This document shows, one piece after another, positions 47,453 through 56,962 of a stretch of 64,000 nucleotides of DNA; position 1 is the first letter of the stretch, and each line of letters opens with the position of its first letter. Origin of the DNA: Candidatus Delongbacteria bacterium (GTDB lineage: Bacteria > UBA4055); NCBI GenBank assembly GCA_003477045.1, contig DMTS01000056.1, positions 41,378 to 105,377 of the forward strand, in the 5' to 3' direction. Position numbers and translations under genes: made by a program. Under the pieces are notes generated by a model that made no database searches, had not been told where the DNA came from, and was given only the letters and a program-made list of their open reading frames with translations.

Positions 47453-48281
47453 GATAACTGATCTGCATATACATTCCAGGTACTCTGACGGGTCCTACCG
47501 TCCCGGAGAGATCTTCAGGATAGCAAAAAAAAACGGGTTCAAGGCCGTAAGCATTACCGATCACGATTGTGTCGATGTTTATCCCGAAGCCAGGGAGCTT
47601 TCGAAAAACTACGGAATAGAATTTATACCAGGAGTTGAGCTGTCAAGCGATTACGGGCAGTACGATCTGCACATTCTGGGTTATTTTATAGACGCCGAGA
47701 ATACAGCCCTGATCCATAGTCTGAAAGAATTCAGAGAAGTAAGGATTGAAAGAGCTCGGAAGATGATAGAACTGCTTAATTCCGACGGTATAAATATCAG
47801 CTATGATGATGTCGTCAAAATATCTCCCGACGGAACTATTGCCCGGCCTCATCTGGCTCAGTTACTTATGGAAAAAGGTTATGCGTACAGTTTTCAGGAT
47901 GCCTTTGTTAAATATTTAAACACAGATTCAAAGTATTACATTAAGAAATTTAAGATCAGCCCGGAAGAAGCTGTCGGGCTTATTCATAAAAGTGGCGGGC
48001 TTGCTTTTCTTGCCCATCCGCTTTATTTAAAGGACGACCCCGCTCTTCTTGATAAAATCGTAGAGATGGGTTTGGACGGTATTGAAACTGTCCACTCTTC
48101 TTATGATGAGGATTTTTTAAAATATATTGATTCGTTGGCGGATAGTAAAAATCTGCTTAAATCGGGAGGCAGCGACTGCCACGGTAAGAAGAAAATCGGA
48201 AAGAGGCTGATGGGACAGTTTACGGTCCCATATGCTTATATTGAGAAAATGAAAGAGAAATTAAACGGAGTAAAATTATGA
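47442..48281 (+). CDS. PHP-domain phosphoesterase (TrpH/YciV-like)
   Basis: ATG at 47442 gives MKNKITDLHIHSRYSDGS (PHP motif I). ITDHD and FLAHP follow. Confidence 0.8.
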   Translation: MKNKITDLHIHSRYSDGSYRPGEIFRIAKKNGFKAVSITDHDCVDVYPEARELSKNYGIEFIPGVELSSDYGQYDLHILGYFIDAENTALIHSLKEFREVRIERARKMIELLNSDGINISYDDVVKISPDGTIARPHLAQLLMEKGYAYSFQDAFVKYLNTDSKYYIKKFKISPEEAVGLIHKSGGLAFLAHPLYLKDDPALLDKIVEMGLDGIETVHSSYDEDFLKYIDSLADSKNLLKSGGSDCHGKKKIGKRLMGQFTVPYAYIEKMKEKLNGVKL

Positions 48282-49279
48282 AAGTATGCATTCTCGGCGC
48301 AGGGGCCTGGGGTTTGGCAATAGCCGATCTGCTGTCTTCCAATAATTGTCTGGTTACCGTATGGGAATTCGATAAGATCGTTTGCGACTCACTTGAAAAA
48401 GAAAGAAAACTGACTTCAAAACTTCCGGGTTATACTGTGCCGGAAGCTATAAAATTCACAAATGATATTCTTTCTGCAGTGAACGATGCTGAAGTTATAA
48501 TAAACGCTGTGCCTACACAATTCATTCGCAGCTATTTCAGCAAGATCAGTAAAATAGATTTTTCAAAGAAAATAATTGTTAATGTATCAAAGGGTATTGA
48601 AGCATCAACCGGCAAAGATATAAGGGAAATGTTCATAACGGAATTTGAAACGGTCACCGATGATAATTTCGTTATTCTCGCAGGGCCGTCATTTGCGATC
48701 GAAGTAGCGCTGTATAAAACACCTACAGCGGTAGTAGCTGCTTGTAAAAATATTGAAACTGCAGATAAAGTCAGGGACCTTTTTTCGAGCAGCTATTTCA
48801 GAGTATATTCGACAGACGATGTTATAGGCGTTGAGATAGGCGGCAGCATCAAAAACATACTTGCAATTTCAGCAGGCATGACAGAGGGTCTTGGTCTCGG
48901 AAATAACTCCAAAGCGGCTTTGTTGACAAGAGGACTTTCTGAAATGATCAGGTTCGGGACCGCTATGGGCGGAAAAAGAGAAACTTTTTCAGGTCTGTCA
49001 GGCATAGGAGACATCATCCTGACCTGCAATTCAAGCCTTTCAAGGAACTGGCAGGTAGGTAACAGGCTTGCTAAAGGTGAAAAACTTGAAGAGATAATTG
49101 AAAGTATGAATATGGTCGCAGAAGGTGTTGAAACATGCAGGATCGTAAAAAAAATAGCTGAAGAAAAAAATATTTCAATGCCGATAGCGTTTACAGTTTA
49201 TGAGCTTCTTTTCAACGGAATGAGTCCGAGAGACGGAATCGCAGAACTTATGACAAGGGAAAAAAAGAAGGAAGACTAG
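48278..49279 (+). CDS. gpsA: NAD(P)H-dependent glycerol-3-phosphate dehydrogenase
   Basis: The NAD motif is KVCILGAGAWGLA. The catalytic region is GVEIGGSIKNILAISAGM. Confidence 0.9.
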   Translation: MKVCILGAGAWGLAIADLLSSNNCLVTVWEFDKIVCDSLEKERKLTSKLPGYTVPEAIKFTNDILSAVNDAEVIINAVPTQFIRSYFSKISKIDFSKKIIVNVSKGIEASTGKDIREMFITEFETVTDDNFVILAGPSFAIEVALYKTPTAVVAACKNIETADKVRDLFSSSYFRVYSTDDVIGVEIGGSIKNILAISAGMTEGLGLGNNSKAALLTRGLSEMIRFGTAMGGKRETFSGLSGIGDIILTCNSSLSRNWQVGNRLAKGEKLEEIIESMNMVAEGVETCRIVKKIAEEKNISMPIAFTVYELLFNGMSPRDGIAELMTREKKKED

Positions 49280-49285
49280 GTTCAT

Positions 49286-49996
49286 ATGATAAAGGGAAAA
49301 TTATACATAGTTTCAACGCCGATCGGAAATTACGACGACATGACATTCAGAGCCATTAAAACTCTCAAGGAAGTCGATCTGATAGCCTGTGAGGATACCA
49401 GAAAAACCGGAATACTTCTAAAACATTTTGAGATCGAATCGAAACTTATGAGCTATCATGACCACAATGAGAATTACAAGGGAGATACGATCATAAGTAA
49501 ACTCGAATCGGGAGAAAACATAGCTGTTGTATCGGATGCCGGAACGCCGTGCATTTCAGATCCGGGATTTAAGATCGTTCGTTCGGCAAGAGAGAAAGGG
49601 ATCGAGGTGATCGGTGTGCCGGGAGTATCAGCCGCCATTAACGCTCTTGTTATTTCAGGTATGCCTACAGACAGTTTTGTTTTTGAAGGATTCCTTCCGC
49701 ATAAAAAAGGAAGACAGACAAAACTCAAAAGAATAGCTGAAGAAAAAAGAACAATAATAGTTTACGAATCAGTTCACAGGATAATCAGGCTTATAGAAGA
49801 ATTATGCATGTTTATACCCGATAGAAAGATCTGCGTATTAAGAGAGATGACGAAAACATACGAAGAACATATCTGCGGAGAACCTGAAACGATACTTGCA
49901 AAGCTGAATGAGAAACCTCCCAAGGGTGAATTCGTGGTCATTATAGAAGGTCTTAACGAAAAATTAAAAAATAAAGTCGAGGAGAAAGGGCTATGA
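49286..49996 (+). CDS. rsmI: 16S rRNA (cytidine1402-2'-O)-methyltransferase
   Basis: LYIVSTPIGNYDDMTFRAIKTLKEVDLIACEDTRKTGILL matches the RsmI consensus (GN..D.T.RA...L...D.IA.EDTR....LL). The tetrapyrrole-methylase fold continues throughout. Confidence 0.9.
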   Translation: MIKGKLYIVSTPIGNYDDMTFRAIKTLKEVDLIACEDTRKTGILLKHFEIESKLMSYHDHNENYKGDTIISKLESGENIAVVSDAGTPCISDPGFKIVRSAREKGIEVIGVPGVSAAINALVISGMPTDSFVFEGFLPHKKGRQTKLKRIAEEKRTIIVYESVHRIIRLIEELCMFIPDRKICVLREMTKTYEEHICGEPETILAKLNEKPPKGEFVVIIEGLNEKLKNKVEEKGL

Positions 49997-51552
49997 AAAG
50001 ATCAGTATTGTTTTTGATTACATTCTTAGGAATTCTGTTTTCGCAGTCAGTTGACATGGCCGTGCTTAATTTTAGCGTGAACTCCAGTAGCAGCGATATG
50101 AATTTTCTCTCTGTCGGGATAAGCGATATTATTGTTTCGACGCTTGGCGAGAAACCGAATATCCGGCTTGTAGAAAGAGAAAAGCTTAACAGGGTCGTAG
50201 AAGAGCTGAGTCTGAGCGGTTCCGGGCTTGTTTCAGATAAGCAGCAGGTCAAGATCGGGGAACTTACAGGCGCAGAATTTGTGATTACAGGCAGCATAAC
50301 ATTTATACAGGCATCTTTTATGATAAACAGCAAGGTACTGGAAGTAAAAACAGGCAGAATAATTTCAACCCAGAGCGTGAAGGGGAACGATAAAGAAAAA
50401 ATATTTGATTCAGTAGATCTGCTGTCCCAGAAAATTTATACCGATATAAATACGGCATCAAACAATTACGGGACCGGTCCGCAGCTCGAAGTTGCGTTCG
50501 TTATTGATACGACAGGAAGCATGGGTGATGAAATAAATGTAGTTAAATCAAAGATAATTTCAATGATAGACGAGATACTGCAGGGAACACCAAAACCTTT
50601 AGTCAGATTTGCCGTCGTGGATTACAAGGACAGGGGAGATGCCTATGTTACAAAAATTTATGATTTTAAATCTGATGTCAATCTAATTAAACAGGATATA
50701 AATTCGCTGACTGCCACAGGCGGGGGAGATTTCCCTGAATCTGTTATAGAAGCTCTTCATAAAGCAATGTTCGAACTTTCATGGTCGAAAAAGAATGAGA
50801 AGATCGGCAAGCTGTGTTTTCTTATAGGGGATGCCGAACCTCAGAACTATAGAGATAATTTCAGCGAAAAAGATATAATAAACGAAGCTTTAAAAAACTC
50901 TCTTTCTATAAGCTCTATCTCATGTTCGGGTAACTCTTCAAAAGGAATTAAACATTTTCAGGATATTTCCAATAAAACGAACGGAACATTTTCATTTCTT
51001 ACTTATGTCCAGAATGTAATTGATCAGTCGGGCAAAGAATATGTTGTTGTTACCGAAGGAGATGCTGAAGTTGTTCTTGACGAAGTTAAAGACAAAGACG
51101 GCAAGAGCTTTAAGGGCGGAAGAGCAGGGGACGTTTTCATTGAAGAAAGAGCGAAAAAGAAAGCCGATCGGGCGAGGAACGAAGATAAACCTAAAGAGCA
51201 GGCTCTTGAAGATAAGAAAGAATTTCTCGCAACAGCACCTTCGGTCGATGCGGATGAGGCGAAAAGAGTAAAAGCGTCCAGTGTCAATAAAGGAGAAAAA
51301 AGTAATAATCTCGATAAGATCATGAGCGAGCAGATCAAGGTAGTGGCTGAAAAACAGGGGATCAAATATGAAGAGAAGAAAACTGATTCTGTGAAAGCCG
51401 ACGATAAAAAGAAAACCGATAAAATGAGAGAAGAATTTAAGAAGATAATCAAGACTAATACAAATAAAAAAGACAGCGACTCAATTAAAGTTGAAGTTAA
51501 ACCGAAAAATGTGAAACCGGAAGTTAAAACAGGTACAGGAAGTGGCAGATAA
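49993..51552 (+). CDS. secreted protein with an N-terminal CsgG/LpoB-like domain, a central vWA (MIDAS) domain and a C-terminal Lys/Glu/Asp-rich low-complexity tail
   Basis: The signal peptide is followed by LSGSGLVSD...GAEFVITGSIT (the CsgG-like periplasmic module). The vWA MIDAS is VAFVIDTTGSM...DYKD...TGGGDFPES. Residues from about 385 onward are KE-rich (KKKADRARNEDKPKEQALEDKKE...). It is translationally coupled to both flanking methylase genes. Confidence 0.6.
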   Translation: MKRSVLFLITFLGILFSQSVDMAVLNFSVNSSSSDMNFLSVGISDIIVSTLGEKPNIRLVEREKLNRVVEELSLSGSGLVSDKQQVKIGELTGAEFVITGSITFIQASFMINSKVLEVKTGRIISTQSVKGNDKEKIFDSVDLLSQKIYTDINTASNNYGTGPQLEVAFVIDTTGSMGDEINVVKSKIISMIDEILQGTPKPLVRFAVVDYKDRGDAYVTKIYDFKSDVNLIKQDINSLTATGGGDFPESVIEALHKAMFELSWSKKNEKIGKLCFLIGDAEPQNYRDNFSEKDIINEALKNSLSISSISCSGNSSKGIKHFQDISNKTNGTFSFLTYVQNVIDQSGKEYVVVTEGDAEVVLDEVKDKDGKSFKGGRAGDVFIEERAKKKADRARNEDKPKEQALEDKKEFLATAPSVDADEAKRVKASSVNKGEKSNNLDKIMSEQIKVVAEKQGIKYEEKKTDSVKADDKKKTDKMREEFKKIIKTNTNKKDSDSIKVEVKPKNVKPEVKTGTGSGR

Positions 51553-52216
51553 AGGAAAATTGTATATTGTTGCGATCCCGATAGGCAACCAGGCCGATAT
51601 TTCAGAAAGAGCGCTGGAAACTCTTAAGGCTGTCGATGTTATTGTTACAGAAGAATCGTCTGCGGTGAAGAGTCTTTTTGCGATACACGGTTTCAAGAAA
51701 GAGTATTTTGTATTCAACGAGCATAACGAAGAAAAAGATGCGGATTATGTAATGGATTTTCTTCTTAAAGGTGAAAGCTGCGCACTTATATCAGACTGCG
51801 GAACACCGGTATTTGCAGATCCGGGAAAAATACTTCTTCAAAGATGCTACGCAAAAAAAATTACGGTCGTACCCATCCCAGGAGCGTCAGCCCTGATGAC
51901 ACTACTTTCTCTATCGCCAATCGATATCAGAAAGTTTCTTTTTGCAGGTTTTGTTCAGAAAACAAAACAGGAAAGGATAGAAGAGCTGAAAAAACTTAAA
52001 ACGCTCAGGGTTCCGGTCGTTTTAATGGATACCCCATACAGGCTTCTTGATGTTATGGAAGATGTAGCGGATATTTTCAACGACAAGAAAGTGTTGTTTT
52101 TGTATAAAGCCACTATGCCTGAGGAAATAATAAAATACGATATGGCGGAGAAAATTTATCAATTCTGCAGGCAGAACGAACTCAAAGGCGAGTTTATGGT
52201 TCTTGTAGAGAATTAA
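51542..52216 (+). CDS. divergent RsmI-like tetrapyrrole-methylase-family SAM methyltransferase paralog
   Basis: The GTG start overlaps the upstream stop. LYIVAIPIGNQADISERALETLKAVDVIVTEESSAVKSLF parallels the RsmI N-terminus, but EDTR is replaced by EESS. GTPVFADPG and IPGASAL are conserved. Confidence 0.6.
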   Translation: MADKGKLYIVAIPIGNQADISERALETLKAVDVIVTEESSAVKSLFAIHGFKKEYFVFNEHNEEKDADYVMDFLLKGESCALISDCGTPVFADPGKILLQRCYAKKITVVPIPGASALMTLLSLSPIDIRKFLFAGFVQKTKQERIEELKKLKTLRVPVVLMDTPYRLLDVMEDVADIFNDKKVLFLYKATMPEEIIKYDMAEKIYQFCRQNELKGEFMVLVEN

Positions 52217-52235
52217 CCTGTAAAGGAGATGGAAT

Positions 52236-52808
52236 ATGATGCTGGATCTGGTTAAAAAGAACAGGAGTTACCGCAGGTATTTTCAGAATGTGAAAATAAG
52301 CCGTGAAACTCTGGTGGAATTAGTCGAGCTGGCAAGATTTTCAGCTTCCGGCGGGAATATGCAGCCGCTCAGGTTCATCCTGTCATATGATGACGAGATG
52401 AACGCCAGGGTTTTCTCATGCCTGAAATGGGCGATGTTCCTTAAAGACTGGTCAGGACCGCAGGAAGGAGAAAAACCTTCAGCTTATATCGTAATGATAA
52501 AAGATAAAAATATAAATACTCCAAATAATCTTGATGCGGGTATAATGGCGCAGAGTATGCTTTTAGGTGCGGTTGAAAAAGGACTCGGGGGATGTATGTT
52601 CGGAGCTATAAATAAACCGCTTCTCGCGGAGCATTTAAAAATAGATCAGGAAAAATTCGAAATAGCTCTGGTTGTAGCTATCGGTAAACCGAATGAAACG
52701 ATAGTAGTTGATGATCTTCCGTCAGGCGGAGACACAAAGTACTGGAGAGACGGAGACCAGGTGCATCATGTCCCGAAAAGAACTTTAGACGAATTAATAA
52801 TTGATTGA
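52236..52808 (+). CDS. nitroreductase-family protein
   Basis: The SD AAGGAGA precedes the start. RRSYRRY (the FMN-binding RxxR motif) is present, with NMQPLRFI and a 190-aa fold. Confidence 0.8.
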   Translation: MMLDLVKKNRSYRRYFQNVKISRETLVELVELARFSASGGNMQPLRFILSYDDEMNARVFSCLKWAMFLKDWSGPQEGEKPSAYIVMIKDKNINTPNNLDAGIMAQSMLLGAVEKGLGGCMFGAINKPLLAEHLKIDQEKFEIALVVAIGKPNETIVVDDLPSGGDTKYWRDGDQVHHVPKRTLDELIID

Positions 52809-54231
52809 TATTAGAAAAATGAGAAACTTGTTTGTGATGTCAATTTTAATATTTGAAATTAGTCTATTTTCAAACAATTTGACAAACGACGTTGCTCAGA
52901 ATTTTATAAAAACTCTTTACGAAAACGGAGATATTCGTCAATTCATCCTAAGGGAAGAATTCGATTTGTCGAATAGGTTAGGAATTGAATATGTGGATGT
53001 TCAAAATAAATTTATGATCGGTTACGGTATTGACAGAAATTTTATTACAGAAAGTGTTTTTAACGAAGTAATTAGCAGTTATAAAATAGAAAATATCGCT
53101 CACGATTTTTCAATACTCAAAATAAACATCCCGTCAAAAAACTATAAAACAGAATACTTTTTCATTAATGAAAACCTTGTTTCAAGACCTTATTTCTATT
53201 TGAAAAAGGAAAACTGGGATACTTTGAATTCTGATTATATTCTTTTTTTTTCAAAAGACAGTGCCCGATTAAGCGATTATTCTGTGAAAAAACTGAATAG
53301 ATTTATAGATGCAATGATTACCTTACTGAAAATAAGTAAAGAACAATCTGTAAATCTGAAAAAGAATAAGTTGGTTTATATTCTCTGTGAGAATCAGGAG
53401 GAAATAAAAAGAATTTCAGGTTTTGATACAAGAGGAATATTTTTTCTTGGGCAGAATTATTTGGTTTCGACCTATAATTATCATGTCCATGAGATATCAC
53501 ACTTTTTAATAAACTATAAACTGAATAAATTACCGCTATTTACTTTACCGGTGCTGCAGGAAGGATTTGCAGTTGCCTATGGAGGAAGAGGCGGAAAACA
53601 ACCTTCGGTTCTTTACAATATAGGTAGATTTCTTTTAGAATCAGATTTGATAAAAATTAATGATATTTTAACAAAATCTGGTTTTGAACAATTCGATGCA
53701 AGTTTGTCTTATCCTGTGAGCGGTTTATATGTAAAGTATCTTGTCGATAATTTCGGGATCGAAAAATTTTTAGAAATATATAAGGATAACAGCACGACAG
53801 ATTTGTTAATTACACAATTAAAATTAAATATTACTGAGACAGATTTGTATGAGTTCAATAAATATTTAAATACCAAAATTTCAAATAAGATTAAGCCGGT
53901 AAATACAAAAGGTGAAGTGAATTATTATTTTTCTGCTAAAGACACGATTTTTATATCAAACAAGCCATCTTTGACTTGCTATTCAAGCGATATTTTCAAT
54001 GAAATATTCAAGTATACCGAATATGCAAATTATAAATATGGTATAATTCCTTCAGAAAATGGAGTTTCTGTATATAATTTTTTTACAAACGAGCTAATTG
54101 CATTTTTTAATTCTTCTTTTATACATAAAAATGACATTTCCTCTGAGATAAATGCTAAGTATTTTTCTATCGAAAAAGATGTTTTTGAGGATGATATCAA
54201 TACGATGCATCATTCAATATTTAACAAGTAA
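52801..54231 (+). CDS. hypothetical protein with an HExxH...E motif (possible gluzincin-like metallopeptidase), AT-rich gene
   Basis: NYHVHEISHF is followed about 25 aa later by EGFAVAY. The N-terminal hydrophobic segment is MSILIFEISLF. By eye the gene is roughly 30% GC, clearly below its neighbours. Confidence 0.4.
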   Translation: MIDIRKMRNLFVMSILIFEISLFSNNLTNDVAQNFIKTLYENGDIRQFILREEFDLSNRLGIEYVDVQNKFMIGYGIDRNFITESVFNEVISSYKIENIAHDFSILKINIPSKNYKTEYFFINENLVSRPYFYLKKENWDTLNSDYILFFSKDSARLSDYSVKKLNRFIDAMITLLKISKEQSVNLKKNKLVYILCENQEEIKRISGFDTRGIFFLGQNYLVSTYNYHVHEISHFLINYKLNKLPLFTLPVLQEGFAVAYGGRGGKQPSVLYNIGRFLLESDLIKINDILTKSGFEQFDASLSYPVSGLYVKYLVDNFGIEKFLEIYKDNSTTDLLITQLKLNITETDLYEFNKYLNTKISNKIKPVNTKGEVNYYFSAKDTIFISNKPSLTCYSSDIFNEIFKYTEYANYKYGIIPSENGVSVYNFFTNELIAFFNSSFIHKNDISSEINAKYFSIEKDVFEDDINTMHHSIFNK

Positions 54232-54415
54232 ACAATAAAGAAAATTTCACAAAACATGAAAGAAAAATTATTATTGTCAATCACTATAATTAGTGCATGA
54301 TTCAGAAATTGTCATGCTTGACACTCGAATGATTAAGCTACAATTTGTATTGATTTCAACGGTGTTTGTAGTTATATTAACATACTTGGAATAAAGTTTA
54401 ACTCAAGGTGAACTA

Positions 54416-55573
54416 ATGTCGAGAATACTTGTAGTTGATGATGAACCGGAATTAAGAGAATTCGTTGCGATGAGCCTCGAGCTAAATGAATACGAAACGG
54501 TCGAGGCTGAAAACGGAAAAAAAGCCCTTGAAATACTGAAGAGTGAAGATTTCGACTGTATCGTCTCAGATGTGGAAATGCCGGAGATGACAGGACCGGA
54601 ATTTTTAAAAAAATTCAGAGAGATAAACAAGGTGATCCCGGTAATTATGCTTACTGGGGTTAAAGCTCTTAACACTGTTGTTGAAGTAATGAAACTTGGC
54701 GCACAAGACTATCTTGTAAAGCCGATCAACATTGATGAGCTTTTGATAGCAGTAAGAAAAAGCATTGAATTTAAACGGCTGAAAGATCAGAATATAAGGC
54801 TACAGAAAGAGAATGAGAGATATCAACACCATCTCGAAGACATGGTCGAAAAAAGGTCGATACAGCTAAAGGACGCTCTGTTCGGCTCTCTAATCATTAT
54901 TGCTTCGGCTATCGAGGCTAAAGATGAATACACAAAAGGTCACAGCAACAGAGTGAGGCTTATTAGCCTTGATATCGGGAAACTTATGAACCTCGACAAC
55001 AAGGAACTTCAAGTACTTGAATACGGCGCAATGATGCATGATGTCGGTAAAATAGGCGTAAAAGATGCTATTTTACAAAAGAATAAGTCCCTTACCGAAG
55101 AAGAGTTCGATTCGATAATGTCACATCCGGCTGTGGGAGCGAATATAGTCAAAAATATTTCTTTCTTCGGTCCGATGGCAGACTGCATAAAGTATCACCA
55201 TGAAAAATTCGGCGGCGGGGGTTACCCAGACGGAATAAAAGGGGAGAGGATACCTCTTCTTGCGCGAATTGTCGCTGTAGCAGATACTTACGATGCTATT
55301 ACTACAACACGGCCCTACAGAAAAGAAAAAACAAGTAATGAAGCTGTACAGGTTCTTCTTGAAGGAAGAGGCACGCAGTTCGATCCTTACATAGTCGATG
55401 TTTTCGTTAACAACAGACTCTACGAAAAAGATTATATTTCAAAAGATAAAATTGAATCTGAAGCAGGAATGATCAAGCCTTCAACAATCATACTTGATGA
55501 TGAAAAATCATTTGACGAGATAATAAAACCAAAAAAAAATAACGATGAGCCGTATATTTATGATGAATTGTAG
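54416..55573 (+). CDS. response regulator with an HD-GYP phosphodiesterase output domain
   Basis: The REC domain has ILVVDDE, the phospho-Asp DCIVSDVEMPEMTG and the conserved Lys in LVKP. The HD-GYP domain has HSNRV...MMHDVGKIG...HHEKFGGGGYPDG. Confidence 0.9.
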   Translation: MSRILVVDDEPELREFVAMSLELNEYETVEAENGKKALEILKSEDFDCIVSDVEMPEMTGPEFLKKFREINKVIPVIMLTGVKALNTVVEVMKLGAQDYLVKPINIDELLIAVRKSIEFKRLKDQNIRLQKENERYQHHLEDMVEKRSIQLKDALFGSLIIIASAIEAKDEYTKGHSNRVRLISLDIGKLMNLDNKELQVLEYGAMMHDVGKIGVKDAILQKNKSLTEEEFDSIMSHPAVGANIVKNISFFGPMADCIKYHHEKFGGGGYPDGIKGERIPLLARIVAVADTYDAITTTRPYRKEKTSNEAVQVLLEGRGTQFDPYIVDVFVNNRLYEKDYISKDKIESEAGMIKPSTIILDDEKSFDEIIKPKKNNDEPYIYDEL

Positions 55574-56210
55574 GTTGTTAGTCATATTGTTAATTTCTAT
55601 GAACCTCTTAGGGAAAGATTTTTTTATCGGCAGGCTTAAATATGACGGTGGCGGAGACTGGTACAGTAATCCTTCCTCGGTTAATAATCTGCTCAAGTTT
55701 GTCTCGAAGGAATCAGGTATTGACTGCTCTGAAATGGAAGGTACTGCAGTAGTAAGCGAGAATCTAAACTCATTCCCTTATCTTTACCTTACAGGCCACG
55801 GAACCATTGACATGACCGAAAACGAAGCTGAACTTGTTAGGAAACATCTTTTGAAGGGCGGGTTTCTTCATGCAGATGACAACTACGGCCTCGACAAATC
55901 ATTCAGACGCCTGATAAAGAAAATATTTCCGGATAAAGAGCTTGTTACAGTTCCTTTCGACCATCCGATCTACAATATAAAATATAAATTCCCGAACGGA
56001 CTGCCTAAAATTCACGAGCATGACGGCAAGAGTCCCGAAGGTCTTGGGATCTTCCATAACGGCAGGCTGGTGCTTTTTTATTCGGTTGAATCGGATCTCG
56101 GAGACGGATGGGAGGACAGAGAAGTTCATAATGATCCCGAGGAAAAAAGACTGCAGGCGCTGAGGATGGGATGCAATCTGGTTTTGTACTATCTGGAGAG
56201 TTTTAAATGA
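55545..56210 (+). CDS. DUF4159-domain protein
   Basis: RLKYDGGGDWYSNPS is the family's Y-x-GG-x-W signature. An N-terminal hydrophobic segment is present. The start overlaps the HD-GYP gene by 29 bp, or by 14 bp if the ATG at 55560 is used. Confidence 0.6.
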   Translation: MSRIFMMNCRLLVILLISMNLLGKDFFIGRLKYDGGGDWYSNPSSVNNLLKFVSKESGIDCSEMEGTAVVSENLNSFPYLYLTGHGTIDMTENEAELVRKHLLKGGFLHADDNYGLDKSFRRLIKKIFPDKELVTVPFDHPIYNIKYKFPNGLPKIHEHDGKSPEGLGIFHNGRLVLFYSVESDLGDGWEDREVHNDPEEKRLQALRMGCNLVLYYLESFK

Positions 56211-56962
56211 AAAGACTGTACAACAGCCAGATAAAGATGATAAAATCTTTACAGAATGTTAAAGGCCGCTCTGAAACAGGTTTTTTTGTTGCGGAAGGGC
56301 TAAAAGAGGTGCGGGAACTTATCTCATCAGGAATAGTGATCGAGATGATAGTTGTCGATAAAAATTTTGACTCATCTCAGATAGAGCTAAAGAAGGGTAT
56401 AGAGCTTTACGAGCATAACATTGAATCGGTTACTTCAATGGCATCCTCTGAAGGAATACTGGCTGTGGCCAGAATACCTGAGCCGAATAAAAATGAGGCA
56501 TTTTTCAGAAACAGATCAAGGATACTGGGACTTTTTTCGATAAGCGATCCCGGTAATATAGGAACCTTAATAAGAACTGCAAGATGGTTCAATCTGGATG
56601 GAGTGATTCTCTACGGCAACTGCGCGGATATCTGGTCCCCGAAAGTGTTAAGAAGCAGTATGGGCGCAATTTTCGGAATCGATTTTATAAAATTCAGCCG
56701 CTTTAACGACAGCCGGGAATTTCTGAGAAATTTTTATAAGATCAGTACTTATCTTCACAAGATCAACGACTATAAATGCGGCAGTAGTAAAAAGAAAATA
56801 TTATTTTTAGGAAATGAAGCTAACGGAATGGATAGAACTATGGAGCAAGAATTTGATTCTAACTTCAGGATCGGTCCTGAAGGAGGTTTTGAATCTCTGA
56901 ACGTATCGGTTGCGGGAGGTATTATCATGAATGAAATTTTTAATATCCAAAGGGGGATATAA
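56207..56962 (+). CDS. TrmH/SpoU-family RNA 2'-O-methyltransferase (RlmB-like)
   Basis: The SPOUT motifs are SDPGNIGTLIRTARWFN and the C-terminal FLGNEANGM...LNVSVAGGIIMNE. Confidence 0.85.
   Translation: MKRLYNSQIKMIKSLQNVKGRSETGFFVAEGLKEVRELISSGIVIEMIVVDKNFDSSQIELKKGIELYEHNIESVTSMASSEGILAVARIPEPNKNEAFFRNRSRILGLFSISDPGNIGTLIRTARWFNLDGVILYGNCADIWSPKVLRSSMGAIFGIDFIKFSRFNDSREFLRNFYKISTYLHKINDYKCGSSKKKILFLGNEANGMDRTMEQEFDSNFRIGPEGGFESLNVSVAGGIIMNEIFNIQRGI

Noticed and set aside
51024-51452. 142-aa minus-strand ORF, Ser/Leu/Phe-rich
   Set aside because: It is the mirror image of the Lys/Glu (AAR/GAR)-rich low-complexity tail of the vWA protein. The reverse complement of AAG/GAA repeats reads as TTC/CTT, giving Phe/Leu/Ser.
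54310-54345. TTGACA ... TACAAT sigma-70-like pair upstream of the HD-GYP regulator
   Set aside because: The spacer is only 15 bp and FCB-type promoters use a different consensus. The match is too weak to call.
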